49,271 bases of DNA, taken from the NCBI GenBank assembly GCA_045544695.1, contig JAZPZP010000029.1, positions 1-49,271 of the forward strand, in the 5' to 3' direction. The notes under the pieces are model-generated. The model was not told the origin of the DNA, did no database searches, and saw only the letters and a program-made list of their open reading frames with translations. A program made the position numbers and the translations under genes. This document shows, one piece after another, positions 23,562-32,456 of this stretch; position 1 is the first letter of the stretch, and each line of letters opens with the position of its first letter. The DNA comes from Eubacteriales bacterium (lineage in GTDB: Bacteria; Bacillota; Clostridia; Oscillospirales; JAAYXM01).

Positions 23562-24548
23562 ATGATTTTACAGAATATTATAGCGGCGGTAGTTGCATTT
23601 TTACTCGCACTTCTTGCAGGAAAAATAGTTATTCCGTTTTTAGTTAAATTAAAGTTTGGCCAAAGTATTTTGGAGATAGGCCCTAAGTGGCATATGACAA
23701 AGCAGGGAACTCCGACTATGGGCGGAATTATCTTCATTCTCGCCTCAGGACTCGCTGTAATACTTGTTGGTATTCCTCAGATGATAAATGGTGATTTCCG
23801 TCATCTTTTGGTATTTGCATTCGCACTTGTTTTCGGTATAATCGGCTTTATTGATGATTGGGCGAAAATCGTTCATAAGCAGAATAAAGGCTTATCTGCC
23901 CTCCAGAAATTGCTTTTACAGCTTGCGGCGTCTGCGGCATTTTTGTCATGCCTTCGCTTTATCGGTGATTTTAAGTCCGAGCTTTATATTCCGTTTACAA
24001 GTATAAATATAGAGATTCCGTGGATTCCATATCTTATATTTATGATTTTTGTTGCGGTTGCGATGGTCAACGCGGTTAACTTAACCGATGGAATTGACGG
24101 TCTTGCAACCTCGGTTACCTTGCCGGTAATGCTTTTCTTTGCTATATCGGCATTCCTTGCACTTTTGCCGTCGCTTGGAATTTTAGCATCGGCAATGGTC
24201 GGCGCACTTTTAGGATTTTTAATCTATAATTTTAATCCTGCAAAGGTATTTATGGGCGATACCGGCTCTCTTTTTCTCGGTGGAATGGTGTGTGGTATGG
24301 GATTTGCGTTTAACGCACCGCTCATTTTAATTCCGATTGGACTTGTATACATTGCGGAAACTTTGTCCGTCATTATTCAGGTTACATACTTTAAATTATC
24401 CCACGGCAAAAGAATTTTTAAAATGGCGCCTATTCATCATCATTTTGAGATGTGCGGCTGGAGCGAAAGAAAACTTTGTCTCGTTTTCACGCTTATAACA
24501 ATACTCGGCTGTGCTCTGGCGCTTGTTGCTTTTCTTATGCGTTACTGA
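23562..24548 (+). CDS. mraY: Phospho-N-acetylmuramoyl-pentapeptide transferase MraY
   Basis: A polytopic membrane protein with GTPTMGG, NAVNLTDGIDGLA, MGDTGSL and APIHHHFE motifs. Confidence 0.95.
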   Translation: MILQNIIAAVVAFLLALLAGKIVIPFLVKLKFGQSILEIGPKWHMTKQGTPTMGGIIFILASGLAVILVGIPQMINGDFRHLLVFAFALVFGIIGFIDDWAKIVHKQNKGLSALQKLLLQLAASAAFLSCLRFIGDFKSELYIPFTSINIEIPWIPYLIFMIFVAVAMVNAVNLTDGIDGLATSVTLPVMLFFAISAFLALLPSLGILASAMVGALLGFLIYNFNPAKVFMGDTGSLFLGGMVCGMGFAFNAPLILIPIGLVYIAETLSVIIQVTYFKLSHGKRIFKMAPIHHHFEMCGWSERKLCLVFTLITILGCALALVAFLMRY

Positions 24549-24570
24549 TATTTAATCGGGGAGTGGAACT

Positions 24571-25698
24571 ATGGCTAAAAAGAAACTTAAAATTAAAAAA
24601 CCCTCCGGAACAATTGACTACCCTTTTTTAATCATAACCTTACTTCTTCTTGGAATAGGTCTTTTAATGGTGTTTTCATCGAGCTATCCGAGTGCTTACT
24701 ATGATAATCTGCCGTCTACATATTACTTTTTCAGGCAGGGACTTTTCGCAGTGTTCGGACTCGTTGTCATGTTCGCTGTAAGTGCTATGGATTACAGGCG
24801 TTTCCGTCCGCTTTCTCCGCTATTTATGGCGGTTACAATCGTTATGCTTATTCTTGTTCTGGTTATCGGTACAGGACTATATGGAGAAAAGCGATGGATA
24901 AATTTAGGTTTTGCAACTTTCCAGCCGTCCGAGCTTGCAAAGGCTGCGGTAATATTCTTGTTTGCGAGCCTCATTTCTGTATACCACGATAAAATGAAAA
25001 CCTTCAAATACGGAGTTCTGCCTTTTGTAGCAATCCTTGGTATTATCGCGATACTTATGGTTTTGGAACCGCATCTTTCAGGTACAATTATCATTCTCGG
25101 TATCGGTGCGGTTATGATGTTTGTAGGTGGTACTCATTGGGGCTGGTTTGCAGGTGCAATCGGTGTTGCAGCGGCAGGCGGTGCATTTGTAATTTCGCGT
25201 CTTGGTTACGCTCAGGGTCGACTTTCGGTATGGCTTGACCCGTTTACAGATCCCCAGGGTCTCGGATATCAGAGTATTCAGTCGCTTTACGCTATCGGCT
25301 CGGGCGGACTTTTTGGCCTGGGCTTTGGTAACAGCAGACAGAAGTATCTTTATCTTCCTGAAGCTCATAACGATTTTATTTATGCCATTGTTTGCGAAGA
25401 ATTAGGATTTATCGGTGCAATGATTGTTATGTTGCTCTTCGTTATGCTCATCGTTCGCGGATACTGGATAGCAATGCACGCGCCTGATAAGTTTGGCTCT
25501 CTTCTCGTAGTTGGTATAACAACTCAGGTTGCACTTCAGGTATTTATAAACATAGGTGTTGTGACGGGCGTTTTACCTGTAACAGGTGCGGCTCTGCCAT
25601 TTTTCAGCTACGGCGGAACCTCGCTTCTCGTTTTACTCGCTGAAATGGGCGTAGTGCTTTCTGTTTCGCGTCGTATCCCGGCGCCCAAAGCGGGGTGA
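24571..25698 (+). CDS. ftsW: SEDS-family peptidoglycan glycosyltransferase FtsW/SpoVE
   Basis: About 10 TM segments, with the SEDS motifs FQPSELAK, LPEAHNDFIYA and LPFFSYGGTS. Confidence 0.9.
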   Translation: MAKKKLKIKKPSGTIDYPFLIITLLLLGIGLLMVFSSSYPSAYYDNLPSTYYFFRQGLFAVFGLVVMFAVSAMDYRRFRPLSPLFMAVTIVMLILVLVIGTGLYGEKRWINLGFATFQPSELAKAAVIFLFASLISVYHDKMKTFKYGVLPFVAILGIIAILMVLEPHLSGTIIILGIGAVMMFVGGTHWGWFAGAIGVAAAGGAFVISRLGYAQGRLSVWLDPFTDPQGLGYQSIQSLYAIGSGGLFGLGFGNSRQKYLYLPEAHNDFIYAIVCEELGFIGAMIVMLLFVMLIVRGYWIAMHAPDKFGSLLVVGITTQVALQVFINIGVVTGVLPVTGAALPFFSYGGTSLLVLLAEMGVVLSVSRRIPAPKAG

Positions 25699-25703
25699 CG
25701 CAA

Positions 25704-26825
25704 ATGAAAGTATTATTCACCTGTGGCGGCACGGGAGGACACATAAATCCCGCGATTGCTGTTGCCAAGATGCTTAAAAACCGTCGACCGGATGCGGAAA
25801 TACTTTTTGCCGGCGCAAAACACGGTATGGAATCAAAACTTGTTCCTGCTGAAGGATTTGAGCTTGTATGTGCTGATGTTGAGGGCTTTGTACGAAAACT
25901 GAGTTTTAGCGGAATTTCTCACAATTTAAGTGCAGTTAAAAAAGTTTTAGGCTCACTTTCCTGGGCGAAAAAGGTCATTTCGGATTTTAATCCCGATGTC
26001 GTTGTCGGTACGGGAGGATATGCGTGTTTCCCTGTTTTGTATGCAGCATCTAAAATGAAAATTCCAACCATTATTCACGAATCAAACGCGTACCCAGGTC
26101 TTGTTACGCGAACTCTTGCAAAAAGGATAACGCGTGTGCTCGTTAATTTTGACGCAACGAAAGAATATTTGAGTAAAAAAGTTAAGGTTATAACCAGCGG
26201 TATGCCTATTCGTGAGGATATGCTTTATAAGGATAAAGCTGAGGCAAAAGCTGAGCTTAATTTAGACGAAAAACCGCTCGTTATCAGTTTTTTTGGTTCT
26301 CTCGGCGCGCGAGAAATGAATAAGGCGATGGCAGAAGTAATAAAGCTCGAATGTGCCGATAATTTATATAACCACATCCACGCGACGGGTAAATTCGGCA
26401 GTGAATGGATGCCGGAGCTTATCGCATCAAAGGGTATTGATTTAAACGAATATAAAAACATAGAGCTTCGAGAGTATATACACGATATGCCGCGTGTCAT
26501 GGCGGCGGCAGATCTGGTAATATGCCGCGGCGGAGCATCAACGATGAGTGAAGTATCAGCACTTGGAAAGCCTGCAATCATAATTCCGTCACCGAATGTT
26601 GCGGAAAATCATCAGGAGAAAAATGCGAGCGTGCTTGCTTCATCTGGTGGTGCGGTTATGCTTCGTGAGAGTGAGGTAAGCGGCGAAAAGCTCTATTCGT
26701 GTATCAAAGAAATTATAACCGATAAAGCGCGTTTGAAGGCTATGTCAGACTCTCTCACTAAAAATGCGGTGCTCGACGGATGTGAAAGAATTTATCGCGA
26801 AATAGTGGAGCTTTCAAGAAAATAA
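25704..26825 (+). CDS. murG: Undecaprenyldiphospho-muramoylpentapeptide beta-N-acetylglucosaminyltransferase MurG
   Basis: MKVLFTCGGTGGHINPAIAV and the C-terminal RGGASTMSE...HQEKNA motif. ATG 25704 is preferred over GTG 25695. Confidence 0.95.
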   Translation: MKVLFTCGGTGGHINPAIAVAKMLKNRRPDAEILFAGAKHGMESKLVPAEGFELVCADVEGFVRKLSFSGISHNLSAVKKVLGSLSWAKKVISDFNPDVVVGTGGYACFPVLYAASKMKIPTIIHESNAYPGLVTRTLAKRITRVLVNFDATKEYLSKKVKVITSGMPIREDMLYKDKAEAKAELNLDEKPLVISFFGSLGAREMNKAMAEVIKLECADNLYNHIHATGKFGSEWMPELIASKGIDLNEYKNIELREYIHDMPRVMAAADLVICRGGASTMSEVSALGKPAIIIPSPNVAENHQEKNASVLASSGGAVMLRESEVSGEKLYSCIKEIITDKARLKAMSDSLTKNAVLDGCERIYREIVELSRK

Positions 26826-26894
26826 AACATTAACCCCTGCTGCTGTTTTTGCATAGAATGGCGTACAGGATAAAACGGCAGGAGGGTTTAACCA

Positions 26895-28148
26895 ATGAGT
26901 GTACTCAAAGTAAACGGCGGTCTTCCGCTGTATGGCAGAATTTCCGTTCAGGGATCGAAAAACAGTGTTCTTCCGATTCTGGCGGCAACGCTGATTCACA
27001 GGGGAGAATGCGTTATACATAATTGTCCGGATTTAAGTGATGTGCGCTGCGCGATTAAAATTTTGGAATATATGGGCGCACGCGTAAAATTTGAGAATAG
27101 TACGGTAACGGTAAACACAGATAATATCTGTTGCTCTGAGATTCCGGATGAGCTTATGCGTGAAATGCGCTCGTCCGTAATCTTTTTAGGTGCTATACTT
27201 TCGCGTTGCGGAAGTGTTACGATGAGCTATCCGGGCGGATGTGAGCTCGGCCCGCGCCCGATTGACCTGCATCTCGCGGCACTCAGAGAACTCGGTGCGG
27301 AAATCATTGAGCACAGCGGTAAGATTTTTTGCAGCGCAAAGAGAATTTACGGTTGCGATATAAATTTATCGTTTCCATCGGTCGGTGCTACGGAAAATAT
27401 TATGCTTTCTGCAGTGTTTTGCGTTGGTAAAACGCGTATTCTCAATGCCGCCCGTGAGCCTGAAATCGAAGATTTACAGAATTTTCTTGTTTCAATGGGA
27501 GCAAAAATTCGAGGTGCGGGTAGCAGTATAATCGAAATTGAGGGCGTAAGTAAAACCACCGATACTGTGCACACGGTTATACCAGACAGGATAGTTGCTG
27601 CTACATATTTGTCTGCGGTAGCGATTACCGGTGGAGATGTATTAATTGAGAATGTATATCCCGAGCATTTGGAGGCGGTTACCAGCCTTATTTCCGAGTG
27701 CGGATGCCTGCTGGATATAGGTGGAAACTATATAAGGGTAATAAGAAATGGTGCAATCTATCCGCTAAAGACTATTAGAACGATGCCTTATCCCGGTTTT
27801 CCGACCGATGCTCAGGCTCCGCTTATGGCACTTGCGACGCAATGCGACGGAACAACGATGTTTATAGAAAATATTTTTGAAAGCAGATACCGCCATGTTC
27901 CTGAACTCATAAGAATGGGCGCAGATATACGAGTTGAGGGGCGGGTTGCTTTGGTTTATGGTGGTAAGATACTTAGTGGTGCTCCCGTAATTTCACCAGA
28001 TTTGCGCGGTGGTGCGGCACTTGTAGTTGCTGCACTCGCCGCGCGCGGTGAAAGCATAATTTCGGGGGTATTGCATATAGATCGCGGATATGAGAAAATA
28101 GAGGAGAGCTTATCACAGCTCGGAGCAGATATTGTAAGGGAAGTGTAA
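26895..28148 (+). CDS. murA: UDP-N-acetylglucosamine 1-carboxyvinyltransferase MurA
   Basis: VQGSKNSVLPILAATL, the active-site loop PGGCELGPRPIDLH (Cys present), and FPTDAQAPLMAL. Confidence 0.95.
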   Translation: MSVLKVNGGLPLYGRISVQGSKNSVLPILAATLIHRGECVIHNCPDLSDVRCAIKILEYMGARVKFENSTVTVNTDNICCSEIPDELMREMRSSVIFLGAILSRCGSVTMSYPGGCELGPRPIDLHLAALRELGAEIIEHSGKIFCSAKRIYGCDINLSFPSVGATENIMLSAVFCVGKTRILNAAREPEIEDLQNFLVSMGAKIRGAGSSIIEIEGVSKTTDTVHTVIPDRIVAATYLSAVAITGGDVLIENVYPEHLEAVTSLISECGCLLDIGGNYIRVIRNGAIYPLKTIRTMPYPGFPTDAQAPLMALATQCDGTTMFIENIFESRYRHVPELIRMGADIRVEGRVALVYGGKILSGAPVISPDLRGGAALVVAALAARGESIISGVLHIDRGYEKIEESLSQLGADIVREV

Positions 28149-28150
28149 AA

Positions 28151-28927
28151 ATGGCTAAACGAAGGAGAAGCACGCGCCGCAGAAGACGCCGCGGAGCGAG
28201 AATATTCTGGACTCTTGTCACATTTTTAATAGTTGCCGGTGCCATTATCGGCTCTCTTACCGTTTTCCTTAAGGTAGCTCGTGTTGAAGTTGAGGGTGCA
28301 ACGCGTTACACAGGAGAAGAAATTATTGAAACCTCAGAGATTAAAGTCGGAGACAACTTGTTTGGAATAAATAAATTTGCGGTCAAGGAAAAGATACTTT
28401 CTGACTATCCATATATCGAGGATATAAGAATTACCCGCCGTCTGCCGGATACTTTTCTATTTGCGGTTACCGAGCGTATTCCTTGTGGATATATTGAGGC
28501 GAACGACTGTAAATGGCTGATTGACAGTAAGGGCTTCTTGCTTGAGAGACTGGAAAAAGAAATGGAAGCTCAAGGGGCGTTGATTGTATCCGACGAGGAA
28601 CTTATGGCGCCTGTAGCGGGAGGCGAGATTAACTGGCAGACTGCGGAAAAGAAAAACGCGCTCATAACCATGCTTTCTGCTCTGAAGGATAAGAATATGC
28701 TTGAAAAAACAAACAAGGCAGATGTGTCGGCTCTTTATGCGTTGCAATTTGTTTTTGACGGACGATTTACGGTAAACATCGGCTCAATTGAGAATATAGA
28801 AAAGAAGCTCAATATGTTAGAGGCGGTCATTCCGCAACTTGCGCCGACCGACAGGGGACAGATAAACTTATCAAACATAAGCGAGGCGAGATTTACGCCT
28901 GAAAGGATAGTTCAAAATGGACAATAA
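28151..28927 (+). CDS. ftsQ: Cell division protein FtsQ/DivIB (basic tail, TM, POTRA)
   Basis: Arg-rich N-terminus, one TM and a POTRA-like segment (VEVEGATRYTGEEIIETSEIKVGDNLF), in the position expected for ftsQ. Confidence 0.8.
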   Translation: MAKRRRSTRRRRRRGARIFWTLVTFLIVAGAIIGSLTVFLKVARVEVEGATRYTGEEIIETSEIKVGDNLFGINKFAVKEKILSDYPYIEDIRITRRLPDTFLFAVTERIPCGYIEANDCKWLIDSKGFLLERLEKEMEAQGALIVSDEELMAPVAGGEINWQTAEKKNALITMLSALKDKNMLEKTNKADVSALYALQFVFDGRFTVNIGSIENIEKKLNMLEAVIPQLAPTDRGQINLSNISEARFTPERIVQNGQ

Positions 28928-29636
28928 AGGTGCAAAAACAACCCTTTTTGCGGTATGCATACTGCTCGGATTTCTTCTTGCCCTGCAGTTTAAAAGTGTA
29001 AAAATACATAATGAAGAGAATTCGGCACCGACGAGAGCAGAGGAGCTTACCGAATTGCTTTTGGAGGAACAGGAATTAAATCTTGCCCTTACCGCTCAGC
29101 TTGATTTATATAAGGCTGAAAATGAGGAGTTCCGCAAACAGGCGGAAAAGTCGGGCGACTATACCGAAGTACTTGGAGATAAGCTTCTCAGGGCAGAAAT
29201 ATTATCCGGCCAGCGCGCGGTACACGGCCCGGGTATTACCGTAACACTTTCCGACAGTATCGCACAGGGGAATGCGATAAATCAGAACGCGTTTGTCGTT
29301 CACGATACAGACCTTCTTCGTGTTATAAACGAATTGCGTGCTTCCGGTGCCGAGGCGATAAGCTTAAACGGTGAGAGAATTCTTGCGACTTCGGAAATCC
29401 GTTGTGCAGGGCCGGTTGTAAGCATCAATAACCGAAAATATAATATTCCGTTTGTGATTTCAGCAATAGGAGAGCCTGATACAATGGAAGCGGCGCTTAA
29501 ATTGCGTGGCGGAGTTGTGGACGAGCTTACTACCTTCCAAATCGAAGTTGAAATTGTAAAGCATCCGGATATAACAATTGAAGCGCTGCGCCACGATGTT
29601 GTATTTGAACACGCAAAGCCGGTTGGGGAGGAATAG
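28917..29636 (+). CDS. DUF881 domain protein (YlxW/YlxX-like, division-cluster associated)
   Basis: N-terminal TM, a coiled coil, then GPGITVTLSD...VHDTDLLRVINELRASGAEAISLNGERI, the DUF881 signature. Confidence 0.8.
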   Translation: MDNKGAKTTLFAVCILLGFLLALQFKSVKIHNEENSAPTRAEELTELLLEEQELNLALTAQLDLYKAENEEFRKQAEKSGDYTEVLGDKLLRAEILSGQRAVHGPGITVTLSDSIAQGNAINQNAFVVHDTDLLRVINELRASGAEAISLNGERILATSEIRCAGPVVSINNRKYNIPFVISAIGEPDTMEAALKLRGGVVDELTTFQIEVEIVKHPDITIEALRHDVVFEHAKPVGEE

Positions 29637-29639
29637 AAG

Positions 29640-30020
29640 ATGTATGTTATAGCAGGACTTATAATTGGAGCACTTTTAGCCATCTTTCTTCCGGTTACTA
29701 TTCCGTCATCACTTTCCCAGTATGTTGCGGTTGCGCTCTTCGGTGCGCTTGATTCGGCATTTGGCGGAATTGTTGCTATGCTGAGAGGAAGATTTCAGCT
29801 TAAGGCATTTTTGCTCGGTTTCTTCGGAAATGCACTTATTGCCTTTCTTATGACTTATATAGGAACAAAGCTCGATATTAACCTGTTTTTGGCAGTTGCT
29901 GTCATTTTTGGAACAAGAATATTTCAAAATTTTGCAGATATGTTAAGATATCTCTTGACCTTTAAGCGAAAAAAAGATAAAATAGTAAATAGTGATATTC
30001 AAAAAGATTCGGAAGTTTAA
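29640..30020 (+). CDS. sbp: Small basic protein Sbp (DUF1290)
   Basis: A small polytopic membrane protein (QYVAVALFGALDSAFGG...GNALIAF) located between DUF881 and ftsZ, as in B. subtilis. Confidence 0.75.
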   Translation: MYVIAGLIIGALLAIFLPVTIPSSLSQYVAVALFGALDSAFGGIVAMLRGRFQLKAFLLGFFGNALIAFLMTYIGTKLDINLFLAVAVIFGTRIFQNFADMLRYLLTFKRKKDKIVNSDIQKDSEV

Positions 30021-30039
30021 AATATAGGAGGAATATGTT

Positions 30040-31155
30040 ATGGCTTTTGAGCTTGATACAGAGCAGGATATTGTCGTTGCGGTAAAGGTTATTGGTGCCG
30101 GCGGCGGTGGTAGCAACGCTGTCAATCGTATGATTAAGTCAAATGTTCGCGGAGTTGAGTTTATCGCAGCTAATACCGATAAGCAGGCGCTTCGCTCATC
30201 AGGTGCTACATATAAAATTCAGCTTGGTGAGAAGTTAACCAAGGGTTTAGGTGCAGGGTCAGATCCTGAAATCGGTCGTAAGGCTGCTGAGGAAAGCCGC
30301 GACCAGATTAAGAAGGTTTTAGAGAATACCGATATGGTATTTATCACCGCAGGTATGGGTGGTGGTACCGGTACAGGTGCAGCTCCAATTATTGCGGATA
30401 TTGCTCGCGAGATGGGCATTTTAACCGTCGGCGTTGTAACAAAGCCGTTTAAGTTTGAAGGTCAGGTGCGTAAGCGCCAGGCTGATGAGGGTATTGCGGC
30501 TCTCCACGATAAGGTTGACTCACTTATCGTCATTCCTAACGAGCGCTTAAGCTGCGTTACCGAGCAGAAGATTACTCTTATGAACGCTTTTGAAATTGCC
30601 GATGATGTTTTAAAGCAGGCTATTTCAAGTATTTCCGACTTGGTAAGCGGTCAGGGTCTTATCAACCTTGACTTTGCTGATGTAAGCAAGATTATGCGCG
30701 GTGCAGGCTATGCTCATATGGGTGTCGGTCGTGCGTCCGGCAAGGATAAGGCATCAGAGGCTGCAAGTATGGCTATCCACAGCCCGCTTCTCGAGTCTTC
30801 CATTGACGGTGCTGACGGCGTTATCATCAACATTGTTGGTTCAGTGGATATAGGTCTTGAGGAAATTGAGATTGCGGCTGAAATGGTTCGCAGTGCAGCT
30901 CATCCGGAAGCTAACATCATCTTCGGTGTTGCTCTTGATCCGGAGTTAGACGATGAAATCCGCGTTACTGTTATCGCTACCGGTTTTGAAGGTGGAGCTG
31001 CTCCGGCAGCTGCTAAGGCTAGCTCGGAGGACATTCTTTCAGCTTTCACTAAGGCTGCAGAAGAGGTTAATGCTCCGAAGGCAGATCCGGAAACAGTTGC
31101 ATATGATAATGCAACTCACGATGCAATACTCGAAATCTTTAAGAACAAGAACTAA
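30040..31155 (+). CDS. ftsZ: Cell division GTPase FtsZ
   Basis: [16 protein letters not shown], the tubulin signature [17 protein letters not shown], and a conserved C-terminal peptide ([11 protein letters not shown]). Confidence 0.97.
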   Translation: MAFELDTEQDIVVAVKVIGAGGGGSNAVNRMIKSNVRGVEFIAANTDKQALRSSGATYKIQLGEKLTKGLGAGSDPEIGRKAAEESRDQIKKVLENTDMVFITAGMGGGTGTGAAPIIADIAREMGILTVGVVTKPFKFEGQVRKRQADEGIAALHDKVDSLIVIPNERLSCVTEQKITLMNAFEIADDVLKQAISSISDLVSGQGLINLDFADVSKIMRGAGYAHMGVGRASGKDKASEAASMAIHSPLLESSIDGADGVIINIVGSVDIGLEEIEIAAEMVRSAAHPEANIIFGVALDPELDDEIRVTVIATGFEGGAAPAAAKASSEDILSAFTKAAEEVNAPKADPETVAYDNATHDAILEIFKNKN

Positions 31156-31170
31156 ATAAGCATTGAAATC

Positions 31171-31208
31171 AAAGTCACCCAATTTTTTGAAAAATTGGGT
31201 GACTTTTC
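31171..31208 (+). terminator. Intrinsic terminator after ftsZ
   Basis: aaagtcacccaatttt-ttga-aaaattgggtgacttt, a long perfect hairpin ending in a T-run. Confidence 0.75.
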
Positions 31209-31261
31209 GCATATTATGCTAAAAAAGACAGTTTTTTTGCGTTGCAATGTTCTTTGTTGCG

Positions 31262-31290
31262 TTGACAAAGCCTGTACAGAGTGATATTAT
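31262..31290 (+). promoter_or_regulatory. Sigma-A promoter of the polysaccharide locus (TTGACA-17-TATTAT), preceded by the direct repeat TTGCGTTG(C/A)
   Basis: TTGACA at 31262-31267 and TATTAT at 31285-31290. TTGCGTTG occurs at 31237 and 31256, the second copy overlapping the -35. Confidence 0.5.
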
Positions 31291-31335
31291 AATAATGTAT
31301 AATTATCTCTATTTAAGAAAAGGGAGATGCGGGTA

Positions 31336-32448
31336 ATGAATAAACGTATTCCGCTTGCGACACCGACTGTACACGGTGAAGAGCAGGCATTTATTAAAGA
31401 GGCATTTGATACTAATTGGGTTGCTCCACTCGGTGCGAATGTCGATGGATTTGAAAAAGAAATTTCAGAATATGTAGGAGTAAAATCAGCAGCGGCTCTG
31501 TCGGCGGGTACTGCGGCACTTCATCTTGCAATAAAGCTTGCCGGAGTCAAGCCGGGAGACATTGTTTTCTGTTCCGATATGACCTTTGCGGCTACGGTTA
31601 ATCCGGTATCCTACGAGAAGGCAAAGCAGGTTTACATTGATTCCGAACGCGAAAGTTGGAATATGGACCCGAGAGCACTTGAAAAAGCTTTTGAAAAGTA
31701 CCCGGATTGCAAGTGTGTTATCGTCGCGAACCTCTACGGAGTTCCTGCAAAGCTTGATGAAATCAGAAGTATTTGCGACGCGCATGGTGCAATTCTTATT
31801 GAGGATGCCGCTGAAAGTCTTGCAGCTACATATAAGGGAGTCCAGACCGGAACATTTGGTCAGTATAATGCAATAAGCTTTAACGGAAACAAAATTATAA
31901 CTTCTTCGGGTGGCGGCATGCTTTTATCCGATGATGAAGAGGCAATTAAAAAGGCTCGTTTCTGGGCAACTCAGGCGCGCGATCCCGCTCCGTGGTATCA
32001 GCACAGCGAGATTGGCTACAACTACCGTATGAGTAACATCGTTGCAGGTGTCGGTCGCGGTCAGCTTATTCATTTAGATGAGCACAAGGCTAAGAAGAAA
32101 GAAATATATATGAGATATAAAGAGGGATTCAAGGGTCTTCCACTCAGTATGAATCCATATCTTGAATGTAGTGAGCCGAACTTCTGGCTGTCTTGCTTGT
32201 TGCTTGACGAGGGAGTTAAGGTTACACCTATGGGAATTCTTGAAAAGCTCAATGAGGAGAACATTGAATCCCGACCGATATGGAAGCCAATGCATCTTCA
32301 ACCTGTATTTGCAGATTGTGATTTTATATCCGTTGAGGGAGATGTCGTTTCGGATATTTTTGAGCGTGGTCTTTGCTTACCGAGTGATATTAAAATGACC
32401 GCAGAAGAGCAGGAAAAGGTAATTTCAATTATAAAAAGTATGTTTTGA
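31336..32448 (+). CDS. DegT/DnrJ/EryC1/StrS-family PLP sugar aminotransferase, PglE-like (UDP-4-keto-6-deoxy-HexNAc 4-aminotransferase type)
   Basis: LATPTVHGEEQAFIKEAFDTNWVAPLGANVDGFE, SFNGNKIITSSGGGML (the PLP Lys) and ARFWATQARD..YQHSEIGYNYRMSN align closely with my recollection of Campylobacter PglE. Confidence 0.8.
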   Translation: MNKRIPLATPTVHGEEQAFIKEAFDTNWVAPLGANVDGFEKEISEYVGVKSAAALSAGTAALHLAIKLAGVKPGDIVFCSDMTFAATVNPVSYEKAKQVYIDSERESWNMDPRALEKAFEKYPDCKCVIVANLYGVPAKLDEIRSICDAHGAILIEDAAESLAATYKGVQTGTFGQYNAISFNGNKIITSSGGGMLLSDDEEAIKKARFWATQARDPAPWYQHSEIGYNYRMSNIVAGVGRGQLIHLDEHKAKKKEIYMRYKEGFKGLPLSMNPYLECSEPNFWLSCLLLDEGVKVTPMGILEKLNEENIESRPIWKPMHLQPVFADCDFISVEGDVVSDIFERGLCLPSDIKMTAEEQEKVISIIKSMF

Positions 32449-32456
32449 GGTATAGT

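Noticed and set aside
31216-31284. 22-codon Cys-rich mini-ORF (MLKKTVFLRCNVLCCVDKACTE) between ftsZ and the polysaccharide locus
   Set aside because: It has no SD and it overlaps the predicted -35/-10 of the locus promoter, so it would not be on the mRNA.
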